From contig DATLNE010000020.1 in assembly GCA_035536915.1 (NCBI GenBank), positions 15,044 through 79,043 of the forward strand: a stretch of DNA of 64,000 nt, read 5' to 3'. The DNA is from Acidimicrobiales bacterium (GTDB taxonomy: Bacteria; Actinomycetota; Acidimicrobiia; Acidimicrobiales; JAHWLA01). Under the pieces are notes generated by a model. It was given only the letters and a program-made list of their open reading frames with translations. It was not told the origin of the DNA and did not search any database. A program made the position numbers and the translations under genes. Shown piece after piece: positions 15,360-24,584 of the stretch (within the stretch, counting starts at the first letter, position 1; every line of letters begins with the position of its first letter).

Positions 15360-16181
15360 GTGACCACTAAGTGCCTGGCCCTGTGGAGCGTCCGGAACCA
15401 CCTCGCTGCCGACCTCGAAGGAACCATCGCCAAGGTCGCGGCCCTCGGCTTCGAAGGGGTGGAACCGCTGTGCCATGCCGGCAAGTCGGTGCCACTGCCG
15501 CCGCCGATCGGGCCGATGATCGACGCTGCACCTGTTGTGGACCCTCACCACCTTCGGCGGGTGCTCGACGACCACGGGCTCGTGGTGACCAGCGCCCACA
15601 CCTTCCTGCCCGAAGGCGCGTACGCCGACGCGGTGCTCGACGAACAAGAGGTGCTCGGCAACCAGCTGCTCGTGCTCACGGCTCCCTTCTTCGTCCCCGG
15701 CTTCGACCTCGAGGCCATCACCACCTCCGACGGGGTGAAGCGCCTTGCCGACCGGATCAACGCCGCCGTCGAGGTGACGGCGGCGCGCGGCATGCGAATC
15801 GGCTACCACAACCACACATGGGAGATGGAGACGACAATCGAGGGTCGCACCGCCTACGACCTCCTCTTCTCCATGCTCGACCCCGCTGTCTTCGCCGAGG
15901 TCGACCTGTACTGGGCCACCTTGGGCGGCGCCGACCCGACGGCGGTGATCGAGTCGCTCGACGCGCGGACGCTGCTGCTCCACCTCAAGGACGGCCCGGC
16001 AGAACCAGGACTGCCGCAAACCCCCCTCGGCACGGGAACGGTCGACCTGCGCTCCGCGCTTCGGGCGGCGACCCATGCGGTCGCCCACATCGTGGAACTG
16101 GACGACGCCGAGGGCGACGCCTTCGACGTTGTGGCCGCCGGCCTCCGTTATCTCCGTGACGAGGGCACTGTCGAGGTATGA
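15360..16181 (+). CDS. sugar phosphate isomerase/epimerase family protein (xylose-isomerase-like TIM barrel)
   Basis: LGFEGVE...; IGYHNHTWE and the DLYW/HLKD pattern are typical of the AP-endonuclease-2/xylose-isomerase-like fold. I prefer the GTG start at 15360 (TAGGCT-N6-GTG). The track TTG at 15354 is possible. Confidence 0.75.
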   Translation: MTTKCLALWSVRNHLAADLEGTIAKVAALGFEGVEPLCHAGKSVPLPPPIGPMIDAAPVVDPHHLRRVLDDHGLVVTSAHTFLPEGAYADAVLDEQEVLGNQLLVLTAPFFVPGFDLEAITTSDGVKRLADRINAAVEVTAARGMRIGYHNHTWEMETTIEGRTAYDLLFSMLDPAVFAEVDLYWATLGGADPTAVIESLDARTLLLHLKDGPAEPGLPQTPLGTGTVDLRSALRAATHAVAHIVELDDAEGDAFDVVAAGLRYLRDEGTVEV

Positions 16182-16987
16182 CCGAACCCTGCGTATCCCT
16201 CGACGTCGTCGCCGACGGCGTGACCCGCATCACCCTCGACCGGCCCACCACGCTGAACGCCATGACCGTCGACCTGGTCGTCGAACTGCACCGGGCCCTT
16301 GACCGCGTCGCCGCCGACGCCTCGTGCCGTGTCGTGATCCTCACCGGGGCGGGCCGCGGCTTCTGCTCGGGGCTCGACCTGAACGGCTTCGGGGTCGTGC
16401 CGGGCACGGAACAGCAAGGCGCAGTGCCCCGGAGCCTCGCCGTGCAGCAGGCCATCGCCGAGCTCGTGCCCCATCTGCGCCGCGTTCCCCAACCGGTGAT
16501 CGCCGCGGTGAACGGCCCGGCCGCCGGCGGGGGGTTCGCGTTGGTGCTCGGCTCCGACATCCGCCTCGCCGCTCGCTCGGCGACGTTCAGCGCCGCCTTC
16601 ATCCGAATCGGTGTCTCCGCCTGCGACATCGGTACCTCGTGGCTGCTTCCCCGCCTCATCGGCGCCGCTCGCGCCCAAGAGCTCATGCTCACCGGGCGGC
16701 TCTTCGAGGCCGAGGAGGCTGCCCGCATCGGGCTCGTGACCGATGTCGTCGACGACGACCGGCTGCTCGACCGTGCCCTCGCGCATGCCGAGCTCCTCAT
16801 GGCCAACGCGCCGATGGCCGTGCGGATGACCAAACGAGTGATGTGGTCGGCGCTGGAGGTTCCCGGCCAACAGGCCGCCCTCGACCTCGAGAACCACACG
16901 CAGGTGATGCTCCTGGCGACCGCGGACCACCACGAGGCGATCCGCGCCCGCCAGGAGCGCCGAGCTGCCGACTACGTCGACGGCTGA
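16178..16987 (+). CDS. enoyl-CoA hydratase/isomerase (crotonase family)
   Basis: ATGA overlap with the upstream gene. ITLDRPTTLNAM, GAGRGFCSGLDL and AAVNGPAAGGGFAL form the oxyanion-hole motifs. Confidence 0.9.
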   Translation: MTEPCVSLDVVADGVTRITLDRPTTLNAMTVDLVVELHRALDRVAADASCRVVILTGAGRGFCSGLDLNGFGVVPGTEQQGAVPRSLAVQQAIAELVPHLRRVPQPVIAAVNGPAAGGGFALVLGSDIRLAARSATFSAAFIRIGVSACDIGTSWLLPRLIGAARAQELMLTGRLFEAEEAARIGLVTDVVDDDRLLDRALAHAELLMANAPMAVRMTKRVMWSALEVPGQQAALDLENHTQVMLLATADHHEAIRARQERRAADYVDG

Positions 16988-17853
16988 GCGGCTGCCAGTC
17001 GGTCGAAGATGGGCTTGATGCCGCGAGCGAAGCCCACCGGGTCGGACCCGTACCCCAAGTGGTCGCCGGCGAGTTCCACGAACTCGATCCCCAGCTCGTC
17101 GGCCACAACCTTGCCCGTGCGGTTGTAGTACGCGTCACCGGTGTCGAGTCCGCCTGCGATAGCCATGGGTACGCGAGCGGCCCGCAGCGCCTCGTAGTCG
17201 GGTACGAAGCTTGAGATGGCCCGCATCTCGTAGCGCATGAAGAACTCGATGTTCGCCTGCATGCGCGCGACCAGCTCGGCAATCTCGGGGCCCAGCACCG
17301 GCACCGCTCCTGCGTCGGCTTCGCTTGTGTCGGCATCGCCTCCCGTCCGTGCCGTCGAACCCAGTCCTGCATGTTCCATGAACCGGATGTAGGCCTCCAT
17401 GACCTGGTCCTTCTCGAGCAATGCATCGAGTTCGTCGTGAAAGGCGAGCAACTCGGCAGCCTCGGGAAGGATGCGCAACACAGGTGCCTCATGGGCGACC
17501 AGCCCGACCACTCGACTCGGGTGTCGGGCCACGAGGTCGAAGCCGATGACCGCACCGGCGCTGCTGCCGAACGCGAGGGCGGCGTCGAAGCCGTTGGCGT
17601 CGAGGACCGCTACGGCATCCGCGCTCTGCTCCTCGGGCCGCAACGTCGTAGGAGGACCGTGCAGCGGGCTTCGCGAGTTGCCGCGCCGGTCGTAGGTGAG
17701 GACCGTGTAGTCGGCGGCCAGGACATCGGCGAGGAACGTGTAGACGCCCGCGTCGCCTCCCCCGCCGGAGATGAGCAGCAGGGCCGGGCCGTCGCCGCGC
17801 CGCTCGAAGTAGATGTCGGCCCCGTCGCTCTTGGCCAGGCCGGTCTCGATCAT
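16972..17853 (-). CDS. alpha/beta hydrolase
   Basis: (MA)MIETGLAKSDGADIYFERRGDGPALLLISGGGGD, with nucleophile elbow FGSSAGA. The ATG at 17853 makes an ATGA overlap with the PhyH stop. The ATG at 17859 is also possible. Confidence 0.85.
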   Translation of the reverse strand: MIETGLAKSDGADIYFERRGDGPALLLISGGGGDAGVYTFLADVLAADYTVLTYDRRGNSRSPLHGPPTTLRPEEQSADAVAVLDANGFDAALAFGSSAGAVIGFDLVARHPSRVVGLVAHEAPVLRILPEAAELLAFHDELDALLEKDQVMEAYIRFMEHAGLGSTARTGGDADTSEADAGAVPVLGPEIAELVARMQANIEFFMRYEMRAISSFVPDYEALRAARVPMAIAGGLDTGDAYYNRTGKVVADELGIEFVELAGDHLGYGSDPVGFARGIKPIFDRLAAAQPST

Positions 17854-18647
17854 CGCCATGCGTCCGCCCCCTTGAACGGGAAGTGCTCGCCTTCTACATA
17901 GGCGGGCTTCGGTTGGTACTCGTTGACCCCGGGGTCGCCGCGGAAGTGGAGGGCGCTCACGAACGGCCCGCCGTCGTCGGTCAGGATCTTGGTGCTCGTG
18001 GGGATGTACCGGATCGTCAGCCCGCAACGCCGCTTGGGCGAGTTGTTCGGCTTCGAGCTGTGGAGGATGTTCGGGTGGTGGACCTCGCAGTCACCGGGCT
18101 TCAGCTCGATGTCGACGGCGGTGCTCTCGTCGAACTCTGCCGTCGTCTCAGACTGGAACACGTTGTCGGTGTCCTGGCGGATCCGAAACTCGTGAGCCGG
18201 GAGTGTGTGCGAACCCGGAATCACCCGAAGGCACCCGTTCTCTGTCGTCGCCTCGTCCACCGCGAGCCAGATGCTGACGACCTCCATCGGCTCCAAGGGC
18301 CAGTAGGCGGCGTCCTGATGCCAGAGCACGGCTTGCCCGTCGAAAGGCGGCTTGGAGATGTAGTGCGACGCGAACAGCGCCAGGTCCGGGCCGACGAAGA
18401 GCTCGGCGATGTCGAGCAGCCGATCGTCGCTCACCAGCCGCACCCAGAACGGATCCTCCTTGACCAGCCATTGGCCGAGGTGTTCGGGCCGAACGTCGGG
18501 GTTGCGCGCTTGCACCCAGTCGATGTGTGCGGCGGCCTCAGCCATGAGGTCAGCGTCGAGCACGTTGCGGAAGATCGCATAGCCGTCGCGGTCGAACTTG
18601 GCGAGCGTGTCGTCTCGGGTGGTCGTGGGGGTCGACATGGAACTCAT
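17850..18647 (-). CDS. phytanoyl-CoA dioxygenase (PhyH) family Fe(II)/2-oxoglutarate dioxygenase
   Basis: The ATG at 18647 gives MSSMSTPTTTRDDTLAKFDRDGYAIFRNVL. The HxD facial triad (LWHQDAAYW) and the distal His (VHHPNILHSS) are present. The 892-aa track ORF is a spurious upstream extension. Confidence 0.85.
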   Translation of the reverse strand: MSSMSTPTTTRDDTLAKFDRDGYAIFRNVLDADLMAEAAAHIDWVQARNPDVRPEHLGQWLVKEDPFWVRLVSDDRLLDIAELFVGPDLALFASHYISKPPFDGQAVLWHQDAAYWPLEPMEVVSIWLAVDEATTENGCLRVIPGSHTLPAHEFRIRQDTDNVFQSETTAEFDESTAVDIELKPGDCEVHHPNILHSSKPNNSPKRRCGLTIRYIPTSTKILTDDGGPFVSALHFRGDPGVNEYQPKPAYVEGEHFPFKGADAWR

Positions 18648-18710
18648 CGTCACACGTCGCTGACGAGCCGGCTTCAACGGGTGCTGCACATAGTTGTACT
18701 GTTTTGACCT

Positions 18711-19565
18711 GTGTTGGTCCGCCTGGGCTTCACCGACGTGGCTGCGGGGAAGCCATACCATGCCGCTTTGGTGGTGATGGGTGGATCGCGTGAGTCCCGA
18801 GTCGACTCCCACACCCATCTCGATTTCTACGAGCTGATGGTGGTCGTGGCCGGTAGCGGCACGCATCGCGCCGGGACCGATGTCTACGCATTGGAACAGG
18901 GCGATGTCGTCGTCGTACGCCCGCACGACGTGCACACGATCCTTGCCCCTCCCAACGGCAACCTGCACTTTGTGAACATCGCGATTCCAGCGGCCACATG
19001 GTCGAGCGTGCTCGCCGTCGGGGGCCTCCCGGCGTCGCTCTGGGACCGGGAGCGCAGTCCCGTGCACGTGCGGCTCGGCGCGGGCGACGTCGCGACAGCG
19101 GTGGCCGCCGCATTGGAAGCAGTCGGCCAGTACCACGCCCGACCTGACCCGCTTGACGTGCTCCGCCTGTTGGGAACCGTGCTCCCGGCTCTCGTACACC
19201 GTCCGGACGATCGCGGGCCGATCGCACCCGACTGGCTGGTACGAGCCTGCGCGGCAATGGAACAACCGGACGAGATGCGCGTCGGCGTGCCTCGGTTCGT
19301 CGATCTCGCAGGCGTGAGCCATGCCCACCTCGACCGCTCGATGCGAACGCACTTCGGCACCACGCCCACCGACTTCGTCAACGAGTTGCGCCTCCAACGC
19401 GCGGCCCGACTGCTCGTCACCACGGCAGTCCCCGTGGGCACCATCGCCACCGAATGCGGCTTCAGCACGATCTCGTACTTCTGTCGGCGGTTCCGGGAGC
19501 GCTTCGGCCGGTCGGCTCGTGACTTCCGAAACGAAACCCGTCGGGCCGCTGCGCCCGGCGTCTGA
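18711..19565 (+). CDS. AraC-family transcriptional regulator (cupin sensor + HTH)
   Basis: N-terminal cupin-like domain (HTHLDFYELMVVVAGSGTH). C-terminal double HTH (AGVSHAHLDRSMRTHFG...IATECGFSTISYFCRRFRERFG). It is divergent from the PhyH gene. Confidence 0.9.
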   Translation: MLVRLGFTDVAAGKPYHAALVVMGGSRESRVDSHTHLDFYELMVVVAGSGTHRAGTDVYALEQGDVVVVRPHDVHTILAPPNGNLHFVNIAIPAATWSSVLAVGGLPASLWDRERSPVHVRLGAGDVATAVAAALEAVGQYHARPDPLDVLRLLGTVLPALVHRPDDRGPIAPDWLVRACAAMEQPDEMRVGVPRFVDLAGVSHAHLDRSMRTHFGTTPTDFVNELRLQRAARLLVTTAVPVGTIATECGFSTISYFCRRFRERFGRSARDFRNETRRAAAPGV

Positions 19566-19573
19566 CGTTCGAA

Positions 19574-19587
19574 TGACAACGTTAGAC
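19574..19587. promoter_or_regulatory. operator-like half-palindrome copy b (TGACAACGTTAGAC)
   Basis: The left half is identical to the full sites. The right half is degenerate but shared with copy g (AGAC). It lies in the 27-nt gap between the AraC stop and the ADH start. Confidence 0.5.
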
Positions 19588-19592
19588 TTCGA

Positions 19593-20618
19593 GTGGTGCG
19601 AGCTCTCCGTCTTCTGGGCGACAAACACCTCGACGTCTACGAGGTACCCGACCCGGAGCCCGGTCCTGCCGACGTCGTCGTCCGGCTGACCCGTGCTGCC
19701 GTGTGTGGCACCGACATCCACCTCTACCGCGCCCCTGCCGACATCGTGCCGCCCGTCGTCCCCGGCCACGAACCGGTCGGTGTCGTCGAGCATGCGGGGG
19801 ACGCCGCGCCCGTTGCGCTGCTCGGCACCCGGGTGCTGGTCGCAGGCGTCGTGGGGTGCGGCGGGTGCGCGATGTGCCGATCGGGCGTCAACAACGCGTG
19901 CGCCCAGGCCGTGGCGATGGGCCTCAGCCGTGACGGCGCCGATGCGACCCATGTGGTCGTCCCGTGGACGAACGTGGTGGCCCTCCCCGACGAGCTGTCG
20001 TGCGACGCAGCCGCCGTGCTCACGTGTGCGGGTGGCACGGCGTACACCGTGATGCGCGAATGCGGCGTCACCGGTGAGGACCAAGTCGCCGTGCTCGGGC
20101 TGGGCCCCGTCGGGCTCAGTCTTGTCATCCTCGCCACATCGATGGGCGCCACCGTCGTGGGGTCCGACCCGGTGGCAGCACGGCGCCGACAGGCGCTCGA
20201 CCTGGGGGCCGCAGCCGTGGTCGACCCCAGCACGGGCGACGCCGCCGAGCTGCTTCAAGCGGCCACCAGTGGCCGCGGCTACGACGTCGTGGCCGAGTGC
20301 GTGGGCCGAGCCGAGACGCAGAAGCTCGCCTTGGCTGTGGTCGCCATGCGGGGGCGGGTGGCGATGGCGGGATTGGGGGACGAGCCCGTCACCGTCAACT
20401 GGATGCGTGACGTCTTGGCGCGACACGCCCGCGTCGTCGGCATCTCCGCCACGCCGATCGCCTACTTCCCCGCACTGGTCGAGCGCGCCGCCCGGCTGCG
20501 GCTGCCGTTCGAGCGGCTGGTGACGCACCGTTTCCCGTTGGAGCAGGCCGTCGAGGCCTTCGCGGTCATGGAGTCGGGCGACTGCGGCAAGGTCGTCTTC
20601 GACTTCGCCTGCAGTTAG
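19593..20618 (+). CDS. zinc-dependent alcohol dehydrogenase (MDR family)
   Basis: Zinc ligand motifs CGTDIH and GHEPVGVV, the structural-zinc Cys cluster (GCGGCAMCRSGVNNAC) and the Rossmann motif LGLGPVGL are present. Start is the GTG at 19593 or 19596. Confidence 0.9.
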   Translation: MVRALRLLGDKHLDVYEVPDPEPGPADVVVRLTRAAVCGTDIHLYRAPADIVPPVVPGHEPVGVVEHAGDAAPVALLGTRVLVAGVVGCGGCAMCRSGVNNACAQAVAMGLSRDGADATHVVVPWTNVVALPDELSCDAAAVLTCAGGTAYTVMRECGVTGEDQVAVLGLGPVGLSLVILATSMGATVVGSDPVAARRRQALDLGAAAVVDPSTGDAAELLQAATSGRGYDVVAECVGRAETQKLALAVVAMRGRVAMAGLGDEPVTVNWMRDVLARHARVVGISATPIAYFPALVERAARLRLPFERLVTHRFPLEQAVEAFAVMESGDCGKVVFDFACS

Positions 20619-21982
20619 ACCGCCCGACCTGGGTTGAGAATGCCGTTCGGGTCGAGCGCCCGCTTGAGATCCTGGTGCACTGCCGTCCTCACGGGGTCGA
20701 TCTCCAGCGGCAGGAGCGAGTGCTTCAGCGAGCCGACGCCGTGCTCGCCGGTGACCGTCCCCCCCAGCGACACTGCCGCGTTGACCACCGCCTCGAAGGC
20801 GGTACGAGCCCGCTGGCAGGAACCGGCGTCGTTGCGGTCGTACACGATCGTCGGGTGGAGGTTGCCGTCGCCGGCGTGACCGAAAGTGGCGACGATCACC
20901 CCGTGCTCGTCGGCGACCTGCTCACACGCGGACACGAGCGACGCAACCGCCGAGCGCGGCACGCTGACATCGTCGAGCACCGTGGCGCCCAGTCGCTCGA
21001 GGGCGGGATAGGCGAGACGGCGCGCCATGAGGAGCTGTTCCCCCTCGTCGGGGTCGTCGGTGGCCACTTCGTAGAGCGCGCCGTGGTCGCGGCACAGCTC
21101 TGCGACCGCGTCGAGCTCTCGGCGTCGAGCGTCCGGCGTCGGGGCGTCACTCTGCGCGAGCACCAACGCCGCGGCGTCGCGGTCGAGCTCCATGCGCTTC
21201 CAGTCGTCGACGGCCCGTACGGTGGTCCGGTCCATGATCTCCAACATCGACGGGACGACCCGGCGGACGACAGCCACCACCGCGGCGCCTGCTTGGGCCA
21301 AGGTCGGGAACACGGCCACGAGCGTGGCGCGAGGCGGTGGTGCGGGCGCCAGGCGCAGCGTCGCCTCGGTGACGACGCCGAGCGTGCCCTCCGAACCGAC
21401 GAGTAGGCCGGTGAGGTCGTAGCCGGCGACGGACTTCACCGTACGGCCACCGGTGCGCACGACCCGCCCGTCACCGAGGACAGCCTCGAGCCCGAGCACC
21501 CAGTGGCGGGTGGTGCCGTACTTCAAGCAGCAGAGGCCGCCTGCGTTCGTGGCGATGTTTCCGCCGAGGCTGGAGAAAGCCGCGCTGGCGGGGTCGGGCG
21601 GATACCAGAGGCCCTCCTCCGCGACGGTCGCCTTCAACGTGCCGTTGAGCACGCCCGGTTGCACGACCGCGACCAGGTCGTCCGGCGCCACGTCGAGCAC
21701 CGCGTCCATGCGATCGAGTGACAGCACGATGCATCCCTCGATGGCGGTGGCCCCTCCGCTCAGGCCGGAGCCCGCACCCCTGGGCACGATCGGCACCCGG
21801 TAGCGGTTCGCCGCCCGCACGATCCGGACTACCTCGTCGGTGGTGCGCGGCCGCACGAGCACCGACGGCATGCCCGGCTCGGCCCACGTCGACTGGTCAT
21901 GCCGGAAGGCCTCGAACACGTCGGGGTCGGTCACCACGGACGACGCATCGAGCGTCGCCCGCAGTTCTTCGACGTGCGACAT
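20615..21982 (-). CDS. FAD-linked oxidase (GlcD / D-2-hydroxyacid dehydrogenase-like)
   Basis: 455 aa. FAD-binding PCMH domain motif PIVPRGAGSGLSGGA. C-terminal TGEHGVG motif. Convergent 4-nt overlap with the ADH gene. Confidence 0.9.
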   Translation of the reverse strand: MSHVEELRATLDASSVVTDPDVFEAFRHDQSTWAEPGMPSVLVRPRTTDEVVRIVRAANRYRVPIVPRGAGSGLSGGATAIEGCIVLSLDRMDAVLDVAPDDLVAVVQPGVLNGTLKATVAEEGLWYPPDPASAAFSSLGGNIATNAGGLCCLKYGTTRHWVLGLEAVLGDGRVVRTGGRTVKSVAGYDLTGLLVGSEGTLGVVTEATLRLAPAPPPRATLVAVFPTLAQAGAAVVAVVRRVVPSMLEIMDRTTVRAVDDWKRMELDRDAAALVLAQSDAPTPDARRRELDAVAELCRDHGALYEVATDDPDEGEQLLMARRLAYPALERLGATVLDDVSVPRSAVASLVSACEQVADEHGVIVATFGHAGDGNLHPTIVYDRNDAGSCQRARTAFEAVVNAAVSLGGTVTGEHGVGSLKHSLLPLEIDPVRTAVHQDLKRALDPNGILNPGRAV

Positions 21983-21985
21983 GCC

Positions 21986-22762
21986 TCAGGCGCCGAAGAC
22001 GGGAGCCCGCTTTTCGACGAAGGCTCGCAGCCCCTCCTCGAAGTCGGGGCCCTGCATGCACTTCACCTGGGTGGCGAGCTCCATCTCCACCACCGCCTCC
22101 AACTTGTCGACCTCGACAGCGCGGTACAGCGTTTCCTTCGTCTTGCGCAGTGCCAACGGCGCGACCCGGAGCATGTCGTCGATCAAAGGTTGGGCCGTCA
22201 TCTCCAGATCCGCGTCGGGAACCACGTCGGAGACGAGGCCCAGTCGCAGCGCGCGGGAAGCATCGATAAACCGACCCGTGAACATCAGTTCTGCCGCCAC
22301 CGACATGCCGAGCTCACGCGGCAGGAAGTAGCTCATGCCGAGCTCGCAGCCGGACACGCCGAGCGTGACGAAGGCGTCGTTCATCCGGGCCGACTCACCG
22401 GCGATGCGGATGTCGGCGGCGAGAGCCAGGGCGAAGCCCCCGCCACATGCCGCCCCGTGCACCAAGGCGATCACCGGCTGGGGCAACCGTCGGAGGCCGA
22501 CGACGATCTCGGCCAGTCTCTCGGCGAGGCCGTCGTCGTTGCCCTCCATGCGTGCGCCGATGTCGAGGCCGGCGCAAAAGGCGCGACCCGCCCCTCGAAG
22601 CACGACGACGCGCACAGACGTGTCGGTCCGTAGGGCCTCGACTCGTCCTGCCAGCTCCCGGCCGAAGGTGCCGTCCATGGCGTTCAGTCGCGTCGGCCGA
22701 TTGAACGTGATCCACTCGACTGCCCCTCGCCGCTCGACGACAAGCGTCTCGTACTCGGTCAC
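21986..22762 (-). CDS. enoyl-CoA hydratase/isomerase (crotonase family)
   Basis: The GTG at 22762 (GTGA overlap with the upstream stop) gives VTEYETLVVERRGAVEWITFNRPTRLNAM. GAGRAFCAGLD and HGAACGGGFALA are present. Confidence 0.9.
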   Translation of the reverse strand: MTEYETLVVERRGAVEWITFNRPTRLNAMDGTFGRELAGRVEALRTDTSVRVVVLRGAGRAFCAGLDIGARMEGNDDGLAERLAEIVVGLRRLPQPVIALVHGAACGGGFALALAADIRIAGESARMNDAFVTLGVSGCELGMSYFLPRELGMSVAAELMFTGRFIDASRALRLGLVSDVVPDADLEMTAQPLIDDMLRVAPLALRKTKETLYRAVEVDKLEAVVEMELATQVKCMQGPDFEEGLRAFVEKRAPVFGA

Positions 22763-23583
22763 GCGTCGGCCTTTCTCGGCGCCAGGTACCCGGGGTCGAT
22801 CAGTTGCCCGTGGACGACGAGGTTGTGCGTGTGGCAGAGCTGGTGCAGAGCAAACGCGGTTTGCATGGCGCTCGGCCGCCCTTGGGCGTCCTGTGCGGCA
22901 TTGACCGCCTCTTTCGCCGTCTTGAGGGCGAAGAGCGGCTTGGCTGCGATGCGCGACGCAAGGGCGAGGGTGAATGCCGGCAGCTCTTGGCGCGGCACGA
23001 CGTGGTTGACCATCCCGACGCGCAACGCATCGGCCGCCGTCAGCTCGTCGGAGGTGAAGAGCATCTCTTTGGCCTTCCGGGCCCCGACCTCCCACGGATG
23101 GTGGAAGAACTCCGCACCGGCGACGCCCATCGCCACGGTGTTGTCGGCAAAGGTGGCGTCGTCCGAAGCCACCACGAGGTCGCACGGCCATACGAGCATG
23201 AGGCCGCCCGCGATCACCTTGCCGTGCACCTGGGCAATGGTCGGCTTGGGCAGGTTGCGCCAGCGCTCGGAGAACCCGAGGTAGATCTCCTTCTCGATCC
23301 CCATCCGCCCCTCGGCCCCGGCGCAACCAAAGCCGCACCACGTCCCCACGGTGCGGTGTTCTCCGATGACGGCGACCGGGTCCTCGTACAGGTCATGGCC
23401 TGCCGAGAAGTGCGGTCCGTTGGCGGCGAGGATCACCACCCGCACGTCGTCGTCGGCCGCGGCGCGGTCGAACGCCGCGTTCAGGTCGTAGAGCAACTGC
23501 ACGTTCTGGGCGTTGCGCACCTCGGGGCGGTCGAGCGTCAGACGAGCAACTCCGTCAGCCGGCGTGTCGTAGACGACGGTCAT
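22759..23583 (-). CDS. enoyl-CoA hydratase/isomerase family protein
   Basis: The ATG at 23583 gives MTVVYDTPADGVARLTLDRPEVRNAQN. NGPHFSAGHDL and VHGKVIAGGLML are present. 1-nt TGATG junction with the upstream SDR. Confidence 0.85.
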   Translation of the reverse strand: MTVVYDTPADGVARLTLDRPEVRNAQNVQLLYDLNAAFDRAAADDDVRVVILAANGPHFSAGHDLYEDPVAVIGEHRTVGTWCGFGCAGAEGRMGIEKEIYLGFSERWRNLPKPTIAQVHGKVIAGGLMLVWPCDLVVASDDATFADNTVAMGVAGAEFFHHPWEVGARKAKEMLFTSDELTAADALRVGMVNHVVPRQELPAFTLALASRIAAKPLFALKTAKEAVNAAQDAQGRPSAMQTAFALHQLCHTHNLVVHGQLIDPGYLAPRKADA

Positions 23584-24560
23584 CAGTTCTCCTTGGGGGT
23601 GACGGGCGCGGCCGACGACTCGACGAGGGCGCGAATGTCGACGCCCAGCGGCCTGCCGAGCGCGTCGTAGTGCCCGTTGGCAAAGCAGACAGCGCCGTTC
23701 ATGGCCGTGATGTCGTCGAGCTTGGCAACGAAGTCCTCGACTTCGACCTCCCCACGCGGGTCGAAGCGGAGGCCCGGGCCTTGCACGACCTGCACTCGCG
23801 AGAAGTGACCGGCGAACGCCGAGATCACCTCGCCGTTCAGCTCGCAGGACTCGTGGGCAAGGTGCAGCACGGCGGGAGCCACCAAGGCGGGGCGCCAGGT
23901 TCGAGAGCCCGGCTTGGCGAACCGCTCCTGCGACATCCGGGTCTCGGCCGCCGGAGCAACGCAGTTCACCCGCACCCCGCACTCCTCCCCCTCCGCCGCC
24001 AACGCCCGGGCCAAGCCGTACACGCCGGCCTTGGCCGTGCCGTACGCGGCGTTTTGCGGGGCTCCCCAGAAACCGAGCGCCGAAACCGTCATCACCACCC
24101 GGCCGTACCCCTGTGCCCGCATGTGGGGCCACGCGGCGCGCGTGGTGAAGAGGGCCCCGTAGAGGTGGGTGTCGAGCACGGCGAGGAACTCGTCGACCGG
24201 TTGTTCGGCGAAGCGCCCGGTGCGCGAGATGCCGGCGTTGTTCACGAGGATGTCGATACGGCCGAAGGCGTCGAGCGCGGTCTGCACGATGGCCTGCGCC
24301 TGGTCGGGGTCGGCCACGCTGTGGTGGTCGGCGACGGCGCTGCCTCCGGCGGCTTCGATGGCGCCCGCCACCTCGTCTGCCGGCCGCTCACCGTCGATGC
24401 CGCCGTCGAGGGCGACGCCGAGGTCGTTCACGACGACAGAGGCGCCGCGCGCGGCGAGCGCCTCGGCGTAGCAGCGGCCCAACCCGCGCCCTGCGCCGGT
24501 GACGACAGCGACTTGGCCGTCGAAGCGAATCACCCAGCCACCCTGCGGCCCACCAGCCAT
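23583..24560 (-). CDS. SDR-family oxidoreductase (MFE-2 / Hsd4-type 3-hydroxyacyl-CoA dehydrogenase-like) with a C-terminal extension
   Basis: VTGAGRGLG, NNAG and YGTAK motifs, then a ~90-aa tail. Start is the ATG at 24560 or the GTG at 24533 (VIRFDGQ). Confidence 0.85.
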   Translation of the reverse strand: MAGGPQGGWVIRFDGQVAVVTGAGRGLGRCYAEALAARGASVVVNDLGVALDGGIDGERPADEVAGAIEAAGGSAVADHHSVADPDQAQAIVQTALDAFGRIDILVNNAGISRTGRFAEQPVDEFLAVLDTHLYGALFTTRAAWPHMRAQGYGRVVMTVSALGFWGAPQNAAYGTAKAGVYGLARALAAEGEECGVRVNCVAPAAETRMSQERFAKPGSRTWRPALVAPAVLHLAHESCELNGEVISAFAGHFSRVQVVQGPGLRFDPRGEVEVEDFVAKLDDITAMNGAVCFANGHYDALGRPLGVDIRALVESSAAPVTPKEN

Positions 24561-24584
24561 CGCGTACAGGAGGGTTCTCCCCCT

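Noticed and set aside
17850-20528. An 892-aa minus-strand ORF
   Set aside because: Only the last 265 codons (from the ATG at 18647) look like a real protein (PhyH family). The upstream 627 codons are antisense to the well-supported AraC and Zn-ADH genes and read as Arg/Gly/His-rich noise.
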